64,000 nucleotides of DNA from an uncultured Chloroflexia bacterium. GTDB lineage: Bacteria > Chloroflexota > Limnocylindria > Limnocylindrales > CSP1-4. The notes under the pieces were generated by a model, which saw only the letters and a list, made by a program, of their open reading frames with translations, searched no databases and had not been told where the DNA came from. This document shows positions 11,047-20,679 of this stretch, piece after piece (within the stretch, counting starts at the first letter, position 1; each line of letters starts with the position of its first letter). The position numbers and the translations under genes were made by a program. The stretch lies in assembly GCA_963833225.1 (NCBI GenBank), contig CAWHXD010000008.1, positions 864,001 through 928,000 of the forward strand, in the 5' to 3' direction.

Positions 11047-11877
11047 TCAGCTCGAGGCGATCTCGCCCTGGATCGACTGCAGGTTCGGTCCCACGACACG
11101 CGTCCGCCGGCGCAGGTCGAAGCGGTAGCCGTCCGGCAGGCTGTGGAGCACGACCCCGCTGATCATCAGGGGGCGATGGCCCCGGATCTCCCAGGCGTCG
11201 GTCTCGGACGCCGCGCCGTCGACGACGGTGATCGAGCCACGGCCGATGACCTCCATCACCTGGTCCGGGCCGACGACGCCCGCGGTGTCCTCGTCCACGC
11301 CAAGGCCGAGGAGCGACGGGTTCTGGGCGATCAGCGACAGCAGCGCCCCAGGCGGTTGCGCTGCTGGAAGTGCTGGTCGACGATGACGCCCGGCAGCAGC
11401 CCGAGACCCGCCGCGATCTGGGCCATCCGATGCTTGGGCGTGGCGCCCGAGGCCCCAAAGGCGATCATGTGCGACGATCGCGCTTGCGCCCGCCGAGGTC
11501 CCGGCGACGACGGCGCCCGTCATGAACCGGGACATGATCGCCTCCGCGAGACGCGTCCCGCCCAGCATCGACGACAGTCGCAGCTGGTTGCCGCCGGTCA
11601 TGAAGATGCCGCTCGACTCGCCCACGATCCGGGCGTTGTGCTCGTCGTTGGCCTGCATCCGGGTCACCGCGTTGAGCGGCACGACCTCGCCGGCGCCGAG
11701 CTCGGTAAACACGGAGCGGTAGCGATCCCCGGCCTCCATCCCGAACGAGCTGGCCGTGGCGATCACCGCGATCTTCGCCTCAGGGCCGCCGGCGAGCGCG
11801 ACGAACCGGCCGAGGATGACCCGGTCGCGAACCTTGTCCTCCGCTCCGCCGATGACGATCACGGTTCCGTGCGGCAT
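11047..11877 (-). CDS. cphB: Cyanophycinase (compensating frameshifts ~11345-11475)
   Basis: IGGAEDK, FMTGGNQLRL, GTSAGA nucleophile, alternate-frame IVDQHF..RNR, GVDEDT; directly upstream of cphA. Confidence 0.92.
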   Translation of the reverse strand: MPHGTVIVIGGAEDKVRDRVILGRFVALAGGPEAKIAVIATASSFGMEAGDRYRSVFTELGAGEVVPLNAVTRMQANDEHNARIVGESSGIFMTGGNQLRLSSMLGGTRLAEAIMSRFMTGAVVAGTSAGASAIVAHDRLWGLGRHAQASDGPDRGGSRAAAGRHRRPALPAAQPPGALLSLIAQNPSLLGLGVDEDTAGVVGPDQVMEVIGRGSITVVDGAASETDAWEIRGHRPLMISGVVLHSLPDGYRFDLRRRTRVVGPNLQSIQGEIASS

Positions 11878-11979
11878 GGTCCCGGGAGTCTAGCAGCGCC
11901 TCGTTGAAGCCCAGACGTCCCGAGGTGGCGGGGCCGCGTACCCTCGTGAACGATTCATGCTCGCCGATCGTCAGGTCGT

Positions 11980-12567
11980 ATGAGCGGAGGCGGATCGATG
12001 CTGGGGAGCCTCGTGGGGGAACCGGTGATGAAGCGGGAACGGCCGGCTGTGGTGCGGGTCGCCGACGAACGCGCCCACGCGTTCCGCCAGCTCGTCGACC
12101 GGCAGCTCGACGGGGCGTACCGCCTCGCGGCCGTCATCCTCGGCGACCGGGTCGAGGCCGAGGACGCCGTCCACGACGCCGCTGTATCCGCCTGGAGGAC
12201 GTTCGACGACCTGCGGGATGCCGCCCGGTTTGAGGCATGGTTCCAGCGGATCCTCGTCAACGGGTGCCGAGACCGTCTCCGGGCGCGGGCGAGACGCCGC
12301 GTGGTGGATCTCGGGCGCGAGCTGGGTGAGAGCGAGCATCCCAGCGTGGCCGATGCCTCAGAATCCACCGCGACCCGCGACGCGCTCGAGCGGGCGCTGG
12401 GCGTGCTCGACGCCGACCACCAGGTCGTGGTGGCGCTGCGGTTCGGGGCGGACCTGACGGTTCCGCTGATCGCCGCGACGCTCGGGATCCCCGAGGGGAC
12501 GGTGAAGTCGCGGCTCCACCACGCCCTCGGCCGCCTGCGCGCGGCGATGCGGGAGGCCGACCGATGA
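11980..12567 (+). CDS. ECF RNA polymerase sigma factor (start may be 12028)
   Basis: EAEDAVHDA, FEAWFQRILVN (region 2); LGIPEGTVKSRLHHA (region 4). Confidence 0.92.
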   Translation: MSGGGSMLGSLVGEPVMKRERPAVVRVADERAHAFRQLVDRQLDGAYRLAAVILGDRVEAEDAVHDAAVSAWRTFDDLRDAARFEAWFQRILVNGCRDRLRARARRRVVDLGRELGESEHPSVADASESTATRDALERALGVLDADHQVVVALRFGADLTVPLIAATLGIPEGTVKSRLHHALGRLRAAMREADR

Positions 12568-13556
12568 GTGAGCTCGAGACCCGCGAAGCTCGCCTCGAGC
12601 GCGAGCTGCGGGAGGTCTTCGGAGACCGGAAGCCCGACTCGGCACCCTACGGGCTGCGCGGTCGCGTCGGCCGGATCCCCGACGAGGTCGGCTTGTCGGT
12701 CGCGGGGCGAGCCCACCTGGCGCGGGTGATCCCGCTCCTCGCGGCCGCCGCGGCCGTCGGCGTGCTGGTGACGATCGGGAACGGCCTGCTGGCCGGGCTG
12801 GGCGGACCGCGAACGGTGTCGGGGCTCGGTGCGTCGGTCGCGCCGCTGGTGTCGTTCGATCCGCACCTGGTGGGCCCGGGCGTGGCCGCCACGCCGGCCG
12901 GGGATCCGGGATGGCTGGTGGTCGTCGGACTGATCCTGCTCGCGGTGGCCGGCCTGACCACGAAGGGATGGTGGCGGGTGCTGCCGGTGGCGGGTGCCGG
13001 GATCCTCGCCGCCTACGCGCTGGTCGCATCGCTGCTGCCGGTCAGCATCGGCGATCGCGGCTTCGGTCAGGGCATCGCGACCACGATGGCCGAGGAATCG
13101 CCCGCCTCGGACGAGGTCATCGTGTTCGAACACGCCGCGGCCGGGGAGCCGTTCTCGGTCCACCTGTTCCTCTACCCGGACTCGCCGGTGCCGATCACGC
13201 TCGAGGGCATCGTGGTGCCCTTCTTCGACGAGCAGACGCCGGTCGGGTACCCCCTGTGGCAGGCAGTCTGGCTCGACGAGGCGCGGAACTCCGGGTCTGG
13301 AGGTGCAGATGGCCCCGGGCGGCCGTTCGAGCCGGTCGTGATGGATGACGGCACCGGGGCGGTCATCTGGCTGGTCGGCCGTGCCGGGATGTGCGCCATG
13401 GGACCGGCGTTCGACCCGCAGCACCCGGCTCCAGGCAACGACTATGCCGTCCTCACCGAGATCACGTTCCAGGTGCGGGTCCTGGGCTGGCCACGCACCG
13501 TGACCATGCCGCTCCCGTTCCGGCTTGCCGAGCCGATGGGGACCTGCCCTCCCTGA
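12564..13556 (+). CDS. Putative membrane anti-sigma factor
   Basis: ATGA overlap with the sigma gene; short cytoplasmic N-terminus, ~3 TM segments, extracytoplasmic domain. Confidence 0.6.
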   Translation: MSELETREARLERELREVFGDRKPDSAPYGLRGRVGRIPDEVGLSVAGRAHLARVIPLLAAAAAVGVLVTIGNGLLAGLGGPRTVSGLGASVAPLVSFDPHLVGPGVAATPAGDPGWLVVVGLILLAVAGLTTKGWWRVLPVAGAGILAAYALVASLLPVSIGDRGFGQGIATTMAEESPASDEVIVFEHAAAGEPFSVHLFLYPDSPVPITLEGIVVPFFDEQTPVGYPLWQAVWLDEARNSGSGGADGPGRPFEPVVMDDGTGAVIWLVGRAGMCAMGPAFDPQHPAPGNDYAVLTEITFQVRVLGWPRTVTMPLPFRLAEPMGTCPP

Positions 13557-13560
13557 TCGG

Positions 13561-13839
13561 TCAGCGCCGGATCTCTCGCTCGTACGCCGGGAAGTAGTGC
13601 CCGATCACCGGCAGCTCGAACCGGCGCAGGATCGAGGTCTTGGGCTCGCGGGCAAGCAGGAACGCGAACGAGCGCTCGACGAGGTCGACAGGGTCCGCGG
13701 CGCCGGGCGCCAGCCGCTCGAGGTCGGCGTCGGGCACGGAGACCTCGTGTGTCGTCGGGGCACCGGGACCGCCGACCGTCACGCGGCAGGTCCAGCCGCC
13801 CGGCGCGGGCTCGCAGGTCACTTCGACGGGATCAGCCAT
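13561..13839 (-). CDS. Small hypothetical protein
   Basis: Protein-like sequence 'LVERSFAFLLAREPKTSILRRFELPVIGHYFPAYE'. Confidence 0.7.
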   Translation of the reverse strand: MADPVEVTCEPAPGGWTCRVTVGGPGAPTTHEVSVPDADLERLAPGAADPVDLVERSFAFLLAREPKTSILRRFELPVIGHYFPAYEREIRR

Positions 13840-13942
13840 CAACGGGAGCATCGCACAGGGACGCGAAGGGCGGCAGCACCGGTGAACCGGCGCTGCCGCC
13901 ACGGGCGGGACGCGTGGGACGCGGGACGCTGGGGACGCGCGA

Positions 13943-14581
13943 TCAGGACCCCGCGGGCTCCGGCTCGGTGACGACCTCCTCGCCGTCGGCCGGGAGGCCC
14001 AGGAGCATCAGGAACCGGGTGAACATGGCAACCCCGGTGATCCCGATCAGCACGATGCTGCCCCACAGGATCGGCTCTGCCAGGCCGAGGTTCGAGGTGC
14101 TGATGAGCGCGCTCGGCAGGTCACCGAGATACGCCTGGTCGGCGGCCTCCATGCCGTACACCTGGGGGACGATGTAGAGCACGGACGCGATGATCAGGAG
14201 CACGCTCATCAGGCGGTAGTCGGACGGGTTCTCGTCCGGGTCACGGATGATCTTGACGACGGCGGCCCAGAACAGGACGAGGGCGGCAATCGGCGCCGTG
14301 ATCGGGGCGCCCACCTTGAGGTACAGGTTGGGAAACAGGAACACGATCGACAGGCAGAGCGTGATCACCAGCAGGGCGTCCCGGGTCAGCACGTAGCTCA
14401 GCCACCAGACGTCACCGCCGAAGCGGAGGGTGAGCTTCTGGAGGAACCGCAGCACGTACGGCCGGGCGAAATGGAGCGACAGGGTGAAGGCCCACAGGAT
14501 GGGCAGCACGGCCGCAACCGAGAGCATCATCCATTCGGAGCCACCGGAGGTGAAGGCGGCGGCGAGATCGTCGGCAGACAT
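13943..14581 (-). CDS. Unknown multi-pass membrane protein (paralog B)
   Basis: RBS AAGGAG; ~5 TM helices; motif LHFARPY...LTLRFGGDVWW..YV..RD. Confidence 0.8.
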   Translation of the reverse strand: MSADDLAAAFTSGGSEWMMLSVAAVLPILWAFTLSLHFARPYVLRFLQKLTLRFGGDVWWLSYVLTRDALLVITLCLSIVFLFPNLYLKVGAPITAPIAALVLFWAAVVKIIRDPDENPSDYRLMSVLLIIASVLYIVPQVYGMEAADQAYLGDLPSALISTSNLGLAEPILWGSIVLIGITGVAMFTRFLMLLGLPADGEEVVTEPEPAGS

Positions 14582-14591
14582 TCGGGACTCC

Positions 14592-15203
14592 TTACGCGGC
14601 CCGCGACGGCTTGGTCGCGGAGAGGCGGAGGTTGTAGATCGCCGCGCCGATGCCCATCACGCCGATCAGGGCAGCGGACAGGTAGCAGAGCGGCAGCGCG
14701 AGGTCCGGGTTCCGGGACGACACCAGGAAGTCCGCCGCCTGGGCCGACAGGTTGCCGTTGAACATCGTCATCTGGGTCCCGAACAGGTAGGGCGTGATGT
14801 ACAGGGCCGCGCCGAGACCGACCAGCAGGACCTGGAGCCGCATCGAGCGCAGGTCCGCGTCACCCTTGGTCATCAGCTTGAGCAGCAGCGCGGCGAACGC
14901 GCAGGCCGCCGCCAGGCCGCCGGTGATCGGCAGGTCCTGGCCCGAGACGACGTCGGGATACAGGTAGATGATCGAGCCCAGGAACACCTGGAGCAGCAGC
15001 AGGTCGCGCAGGGCGACGTAGACGATCCACCACAGGTCGGCGCCGAGGCGAAGCGTGAACTTGCCCGTGGTCCGCACCATGTACGGCCGCGCCACGTGGA
15101 GGGCCACGGAGAGGATCCAGAGGATGACGAGCGCCGCGGCAATCGTCCCCTCCACGAAGCCCTCTCCGGCATCGAAGAAGCCGGAGACCTGGTCCGGAGT
15201 CAC
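14592..15203 (-). CDS. Unknown multi-pass membrane protein (paralog A)
   Basis: RBS AGGAGG; GTG overlaps the upstream stop; motif LHVARPY...FTLRLGADLWW..YV..RD. Confidence 0.8.
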   Translation of the reverse strand: MTPDQVSGFFDAGEGFVEGTIAAALVILWILSVALHVARPYMVRTTGKFTLRLGADLWWIVYVALRDLLLLQVFLGSIIYLYPDVVSGQDLPITGGLAAACAFAALLLKLMTKGDADLRSMRLQVLLVGLGAALYITPYLFGTQMTMFNGNLSAQAADFLVSSRNPDLALPLCYLSAALIGVMGIGAAIYNLRLSATKPSRAA

Positions 15204-17206
15204 TGCGCACCTCCTGGCGTGCTGGTGGTCGCGTGCGACGCGGACGTCGCGGGCACACGGTTCGGGGTTGGGATGGATGGTCCGGTCCGGCTGTCGGCGG
15301 GGCCGCGACCGGCCGCGACCGAGACGGACGGGCACCCGTAGACGGCATCGCACCGGAAGCAGCGGGACGCCTCGGCGCGGGCGGCCGCCTCGTCGAACCC
15401 GGGCTGGGTCGCCCGGAAGGAGACGGTGTCCACGACCGGCAGGGCGGGATGGGTCCGGGCCCGCTCGGCGATGTCGAGACGGAGCGACGGCTCGGGAGGC
15501 GTCCGGTAGCGGACGGTGTCGAGAATCTCGGCTTCACCTTCCGTCACGCCCGCGAGGTACTCGTGGACGGACGCCGCGGCGCGGCGCCCGGCGGCGACCG
15601 CATCGATGATGGTCTTGGGGCCCGACACGACGTCGCCACCCGCGAAGATCCCGGCCCGGCCGGTGGCAAGGGTCCGGGGATCGGCGACGATCCCGGCCCA
15701 GCCGCTGACCTCGATCCCGGCGCCCTCGGGGAGGATCGACGGATCGGGCTCCTCGCCAATCGCGACGAGGATCGACGAAGCCGCGATCTCGTGGGTGTCG
15801 CCGACGGGTTCCCAGGTGGCGCGACCGCCATCTGGCGCAGGTGCCGCAGGCCGCATCACGTCGAACCGGAGGGCAACGACGGCGCTGTCCCGGCCGACCA
15901 CCTCGCGCGGCGCCAGCCCCTCGAGGACGACGATGCCCTCGCGCTCGGCCGCCTCGACCTCCTCCGCCTGGGCCGGCATCTCGGCGCGTCCGCGGCGGTA
16001 CACGATCGTGACCGAGGCCGCCCCGCTCCGGCGAGCCGAGCGTGCCGCGTCCATGGCGGTGCTGCCACCGCCGACCACAAGCACGTCGCCCGCGAGCCGC
16101 GGATCCTCGCCGAGGTTGACCTCCTTGAGGAAGCGCGTGGCCGGGATCACGCCCCGGAGCTCGTCCCCGGGGACCCCGAGGCGGCGGCTCTTTGACGCGC
16201 CCGTCGCGAGGAAGATCGCCCGGAACCCTTCCTGCTCAAGGTCGGCGATGCCGAAGTCGCGCCCCATCACGCTGTTCAGACGGAGCTCCACGCCGGCGTC
16301 GACGATCCGCTTGAGCTCCGCCTGCAGGACCTCGCGGGGCAGCCGGTACTCGGGGATGCCGATGGCCATCATGCCGCCCGGGATGGGCATCGCCTCGAGC
16401 ACCGTCACCGGGTAGCCGAGGCGGGCCAGGTACCAGGCGGCCGACATGCCGGCCGGGCCGCCGCCGACGATGGCAACGCGCTCGGTCCGGCGACGGGCCG
16501 GGGGCGGGACGGCGGGCAGCGAGCCATTCTCCACGGCGTAGCGCTTGAGGCCGCGGATGGCGATCGGCTCGTCGAGGACGCCGCGGCGGCACGCCGCCTC
16601 GCACGGGGCCGTGCAGATCCAGCCGCACACGGACGGGAACGGGTTGACCTCGGCGGCGACGGCGTATGCGTCGGCATACTTGCCCGCAGCCACCAGCCCG
16701 ACATAGCGGCCGGCGTCGGTGCCGGCCGGGCAGGCCGCCTGGCACGGCGCGGCGGGCGTGGCCGGCCGCTCGTCGACCATCGTGGTCCAGACCTGCCACG
16801 GCTGCGGCCGCGATCGGGTCCGCCACGGGAACAGGTCGCCCCACGGGGAGTCATGGCGGGGCTTGAGCGCTTCGCGGGTCACGGCGGACAGTGGGAGCCA
16901 GCCGTCGTGGGCGGGGACCGGGCGGTCGATCGGCCCCTGGCGCTCGGCAAGCGGCACGGCGCCGTCCATCGTCGCGAGGCTCATCACCATCGGCGGGCAT
17001 TCGCGGATGCAGATGCCGCAGCCGATGCACTCGCCCACCTGGAGCGGCTGCTCCATGGCCCACGGCAGCGGCGCGCCGGGGCCCGGCCCGGTCTCGATGC
17101 CCGGGGCCTTGGGCCGGGTCATGTCGAGCGCCTCGACCGGGCAGACGTCCATGCAGATGCCGCAGGTCATGCAGCCCTGCTGGTCGATGTCGATGCGATA
17201 GCCCAT
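15200..17206 (-). CDS. Fe-S flavoprotein: N-terminal 2[4Fe-4S] ferredoxin fused to a GltD/NfnB-like FAD/NADPH oxidoreductase
   Basis: CMTCGICMDVCP and CIGCGICIRECP; APCQAACP, CGWICTAPCEAAC; VGGGPAG; GGGSTAMD; VYRR; FAGGD; C-terminal RCFRC; RBS AAGGAGG. Confidence 0.9.
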   Translation of the reverse strand: MGYRIDIDQQGCMTCGICMDVCPVEALDMTRPKAPGIETGPGPGAPLPWAMEQPLQVGECIGCGICIRECPPMVMSLATMDGAVPLAERQGPIDRPVPAHDGWLPLSAVTREALKPRHDSPWGDLFPWRTRSRPQPWQVWTTMVDERPATPAAPCQAACPAGTDAGRYVGLVAAGKYADAYAVAAEVNPFPSVCGWICTAPCEAACRRGVLDEPIAIRGLKRYAVENGSLPAVPPPARRRTERVAIVGGGPAGMSAAWYLARLGYPVTVLEAMPIPGGMMAIGIPEYRLPREVLQAELKRIVDAGVELRLNSVMGRDFGIADLEQEGFRAIFLATGASKSRRLGVPGDELRGVIPATRFLKEVNLGEDPRLAGDVLVVGGGSTAMDAARSARRSGAASVTIVYRRGRAEMPAQAEEVEAAEREGIVVLEGLAPREVVGRDSAVVALRFDVMRPAAPAPDGGRATWEPVGDTHEIAASSILVAIGEEPDPSILPEGAGIEVSGWAGIVADPRTLATGRAGIFAGGDVVSGPKTIIDAVAAGRRAAASVHEYLAGVTEGEAEILDTVRYRTPPEPSLRLDIAERARTHPALPVVDTVSFRATQPGFDEAAARAEASRCFRCDAVYGCPSVSVAAGRGPADSRTGPSIPTPNRVPATSASHATTSTPGGAQ

Positions 17207-17400
17207 GGGCTGCCTCCTTGGATCGCCGGTCCGCGCCGCGTCGTGATCCGAGGATCGGCGCCCGGCCGCTCCAGCGCCACGTCCATCGGGGCGGGCGGGA
17301 GGCCTACCCGACTGGGTGGGGCCCGACGGGCCGGACAGCCCGGGCCGACTGGGCAACGCAGGCGGCGCCGCGGGCCGCGGGACAGGTCACGGGGCGCGTC

Positions 17401-17454
17401 GCGGCGCGGGTCCCGGCGGCGCGGGTCGCGGCAGCGCGGGTCGCGGCAGCGCGG
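17401..17454. repeat. 15-bp tandem repeat GC(G/A)GCGCGGGTC(C/G)CG, about 3.5 copies
   Basis: Read directly in the intergenic region. Confidence 0.65.
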
Positions 17455-17588
17455 ACGGCGCAGGGGCAGCGTGACTCCCCGTCAAGGTTTCTGGGCCGAA
17501 CGAGCCCGCGACCCGTCCCACGGGCCGGAAGCGTGACCGACAGTCGGCAAGTTGGGCCCATGGGGCGTCTCGCCACGATCGAATCCAT

Positions 17589-17738
17589 GCCTGAAGCCGA
17601 AAGCGTTGACGGCCGGTCAAGTTCCGCCGGGGGCGCCGCCGGGGGCGGCTGCCGCTGGCCGCCGGCGGGAGCCTGAAGCGGAAAGCGTTGACTGCCGGTC
17701 ACGTTCCGCCCGCGCGGCGCCCACGGGGCGGCTGCCGC
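17589..17738. repeat. Two imperfect ~67-bp direct repeats (period 82) carrying a GCGTTGAC-N5-GTCA hairpin
   Basis: GCCTGAAGCCGAAAGCGTTGACGGCCGGTCAAGTTCCGCC vs GCCTGAAGCGGAAAGCGTTGACTGCCGGTCACGTTCCGCC. Confidence 0.85.
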
Positions 17739-17794
17739 GCGCCGCCGCCACTGGCGGGCGCGCCGCGGCCATGCCGCCGCAAATTCGCGCCCCG

Positions 17795-18448
17795 TCAGTC
17801 GGCGGGAAGCAGTCCGTCGCGGATCGCTCGGGCCGCGGCCTCCGCGCGGCTCTGGGCGTGCAGCTTGTCGAGGATGTTGCGCAGGTGGAACTTGACCGTG
17901 TTCTCCGACACGCCGAGGCGCGCGGCGATCTCCTTGTTGCGCAAGCCGTCCACGACGCCCCGCAGGACCTCGACCTCACGCTCGGTGAGGCGATCGGGAT
18001 CCCGTGCGGCCGGGGTCTCCGCGGTGCTCCGGTCGCCTCGGGCGAGCTCGGCGATGATCCTCGCCGCGATGGCCGGCGTGATCGCGGCCTCGCCCCGGGC
18101 GACGGCGTCGAGCATCGTCCGCAGCTCCACGGACTCCAGGTTCTTGAGCAGGTAGCCGCGTGCTCCGGCCTTGAGCGCCGCGAACAGGTCGTCGAGATCC
18201 TCCGACGCCGTGAGCATCACGATCGCGACCTCCGGCATGGCGACAGCCAGCTCGCGGACCGCGGCCAGGCCGCCGCCGCCGGGCATCGCGACGTCCATCA
18301 GCACGAGATCCGGGCGCAGCTCGCGGGTCAGGGCCACGGCGCTGGTGCCGTCGGACGCCTGGCCCACGACCTCATGATCCCAGGCGTCCAGCAGCGACGC
18401 CATGCCGTCGCGAAACAGCGCGTGGTCGTCGGCAAGGAGGATCCGCAT
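17795..18448 (-). CDS. NarL/LuxR-family response regulator
   Basis: LADDH, VLMDVAMP, GYLLK; HTH LTEREVEVL...GLRNKEIA..L.VSENTVKFH. Confidence 0.95.
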   Translation of the reverse strand: MRILLADDHALFRDGMASLLDAWDHEVVGQASDGTSAVALTRELRPDLVLMDVAMPGGGGLAAVRELAVAMPEVAIVMLTASEDLDDLFAALKAGARGYLLKNLESVELRTMLDAVARGEAAITPAIAARIIAELARGDRSTAETPAARDPDRLTEREVEVLRGVVDGLRNKEIAARLGVSENTVKFHLRNILDKLHAQSRAEAAARAIRDGLLPAD

Positions 18449-18450
18449 CG

Positions 18451-19807
18451 TCAGACCTCGGCCGAGAGGGGCGCGGTCTCGACGGCGGCACGACCCGCCA
18501 GCGGCACCCGGAGCGTGACGGCGGTCCCGCGCCCGGCCGACCCGGCGCGCACGTCGAGCGTCGCGCCGATCGCCGCCGCGCGCTCGCGCATCGCGCGCAA
18601 GCCGTAGTGGGGCACGGCGCCGTCGACCGCCGCCGCCGGCAGCCCGCGACCGTCGTCCTCCACCGCCAGGTCGAGCACCCCGTCGTGGACTCGCATCGCC
18701 ACCCGGACCCGGCCGGCGGCGGCGTGCTTGCGGATGTTGGTGAAGGCCTCCTGGACGATCCGGTAGGCATGGGCCTCGGCGTCCGGGTCAAGCCGGAGGT
18801 CGCGGGACTCGGTGTCCACGGTCGCATCGAGGGCGAAGGTCGAGGCGGCGGCAGCACGCTCCGCGTAGGCGAGCACCGCGGCACCCAGGCCCTGCCCGGG
18901 CTCGATCGGGCCGCGCAGGCCGAGGATGGACTCACGGACATCCACGTAGACCGCGCGAGCCGCCGCGCCGAGATCGGCCACCTGGGCCCTCGCTTCCGGG
19001 ACGCGCCCGGCGGCGAGGTACTCGTCCACGGCCTGCGACTTGGTGTTCACGTAGCCCAACACCTGCGCGATGCCGTCGTGGAGCTCGCGCGCGATCCGCT
19101 CGCGCTCCTCGACGACGGCGAGCTCCCGCAGGCGGGCCTCCAGGCGAGCGTGCTCCAGGGCGATGGTCGCCTGGTTGGCGAGGGACGCGAGCGTCTCCAC
19201 CTCGTCGGCGTCGAACCCCCGCGGCCGCGCGCAGCCGACGGCGAGCAGCCCGATCGTGGCGCCTCCGCGCTGGAGCGGCGCCGCAAGCCGCACGACCGCG
19301 GTCGCCGGATCCACGAACGAGAGCATCGCTGCCGCTGGGTCATCCGCCCCGGCGAGCATGGCGGCGCGCGGGCGCGCGGCGACCGGCGGCGAGACGGCCC
19401 GCGCCTCCAGCTCGCCATCTGCGCCCGGCCAGGAGCAGGACCGCCACATCGGCACCGAGCAGCTCGCGCGCATGCATCACGACCGCGTTCAGCACGAGCT
19501 CGACGTCGGAGAGCGACGTGATCGCCAGCGAGACGCGGTGGAGGGCTCGCGCCGACGCGCCGCGCGCCTCCAGCTCCTGGTTGCGCGCCCGCAGCGCTCC
19601 GGTCAGGGCATCGATCCGCGAGAACGCGAGCGCGCCGAACGCGACGCCGAAGATGGCCGTCGCCACGACGATCAGGATCGTGTCCCGAGGGAACGGCAGC
19701 GCCTCATCGAGGACGGTGTCGGACAGGACCTCGAGCGCCGCCACCACCGCGATCGGGACGAGGACGAGCAACCACCGCGCCCCCCCGGATCGGGCCGCCT
19801 GCTTCAC
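18451..19807 (-). CDS. HisKA_3 sensor histidine kinase with 2 TM and GAF (frameshift ~19420)
   Basis: EERERIARELHDGIAQ, IVQEAFTNIRKHA, VEDDGRG, YGLRAMRERA; TM segments in the upstream frame. Confidence 0.9.
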
Positions 19808-19871
19808 CTTCGGATCTCCGTCTGGGTCCGGGTTGCGCCACACGACCCGAGCATAGTCCCCTCGGCCATCA

Positions 19872-20648
19872 TCACCGGCCGGTCCCGACCTGGCAGCGTG
19901 GGCACCAGAAGGTCAGGCGCGGCAGCTCCGAACCCTGGTGCTCCACGCGGATCGGTGCCCCGCAGCGCGGGCACGGACGACCCGCCCGGCGGTAGACGTG
20001 GCGCGGCCGGCGGCCGGTCTCGGCGCCCTCTCGGAGGACCACTCGGGCGAGGGAGACGAGCTCTTGAAGCGCTGCGTCGTCGAAATCACGAACCGCCACG
20101 AACGGTGATCGACCGGCCTGCCACAGCACCTCGTTCTTGACCTCGTTGCCGATGCCGGCAAGCGCCCGCTGGTCGAGCAGCGCGACCGCGATGGGCAGCT
20201 CCGCGCGGGACGCATCGCGCAGACGCCGCACCGCCTCGTCGACATCGACCGGGTCGCGCAGGAGATCCGGTCCAAGGCGCGACAGGGACGGGTGCAGCGA
20301 CTCGGTCCGCAGCTCGAACAGCTCCACCGTTGGCGCGTCGAAGCAGACGGCGACCGTCCCGGGCACCTCGATCACGAGCCGCGCCCTCGCCGACGCCCGC
20401 CGCCAGCGCTCCCCCGGCCGGTAGCGGTGCCACGAACCGTGCATCCGGAGGTGGGTGCGAACGGCGAGCCCGTTGTCGAACCGGAGCAGGAGGTTCTTGC
20501 CCACCGCCTCGACGGCGGTGACGGTCGCCCCGACCAGGCGCTCCGCCCGCGGCCCCGGCTGGCGGGCTGACGCTGTCGTCACCCGCCGTCCCAGGAGGTA
20601 CGGGCGCAGCCCGGCGGCCGTCCGGACGAGCGTGTCGCCCTCGGGCAC
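19872..20648 (-). CDS. nei: Fpg/Nei family DNA glycosylase
   Basis: N-terminal PEGD, GKNLL, HLRMHG, LLDQ..LAGIGN, zinc finger CPRC...CPRCQ. Confidence 0.93.
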   Translation of the reverse strand: MPEGDTLVRTAAGLRPYLLGRRVTTASARQPGPRAERLVGATVTAVEAVGKNLLLRFDNGLAVRTHLRMHGSWHRYRPGERWRRASARARLVIEVPGTVAVCFDAPTVELFELRTESLHPSLSRLGPDLLRDPVDVDEAVRRLRDASRAELPIAVALLDQRALAGIGNEVKNEVLWQAGRSPFVAVRDFDDAALQELVSLARVVLREGAETGRRPRHVYRRAGRPCPRCGAPIRVEHQGSELPRLTFWCPRCQVGTGR

Positions 20649-20679
20649 CTAGGCCAATCCCGCGGGCATGACGTCCCGC

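Noticed and set aside
15200-17206. Calling the flavoprotein gltD, dsrL or nfnB
   Set aside because: Partner genes are absent and the extra ferredoxin is N-terminal; only a family-level call is supportable
17589-17738. Possible mini-CRISPR
   Set aside because: Only two imperfect copies, and the intervening sequences resemble each other
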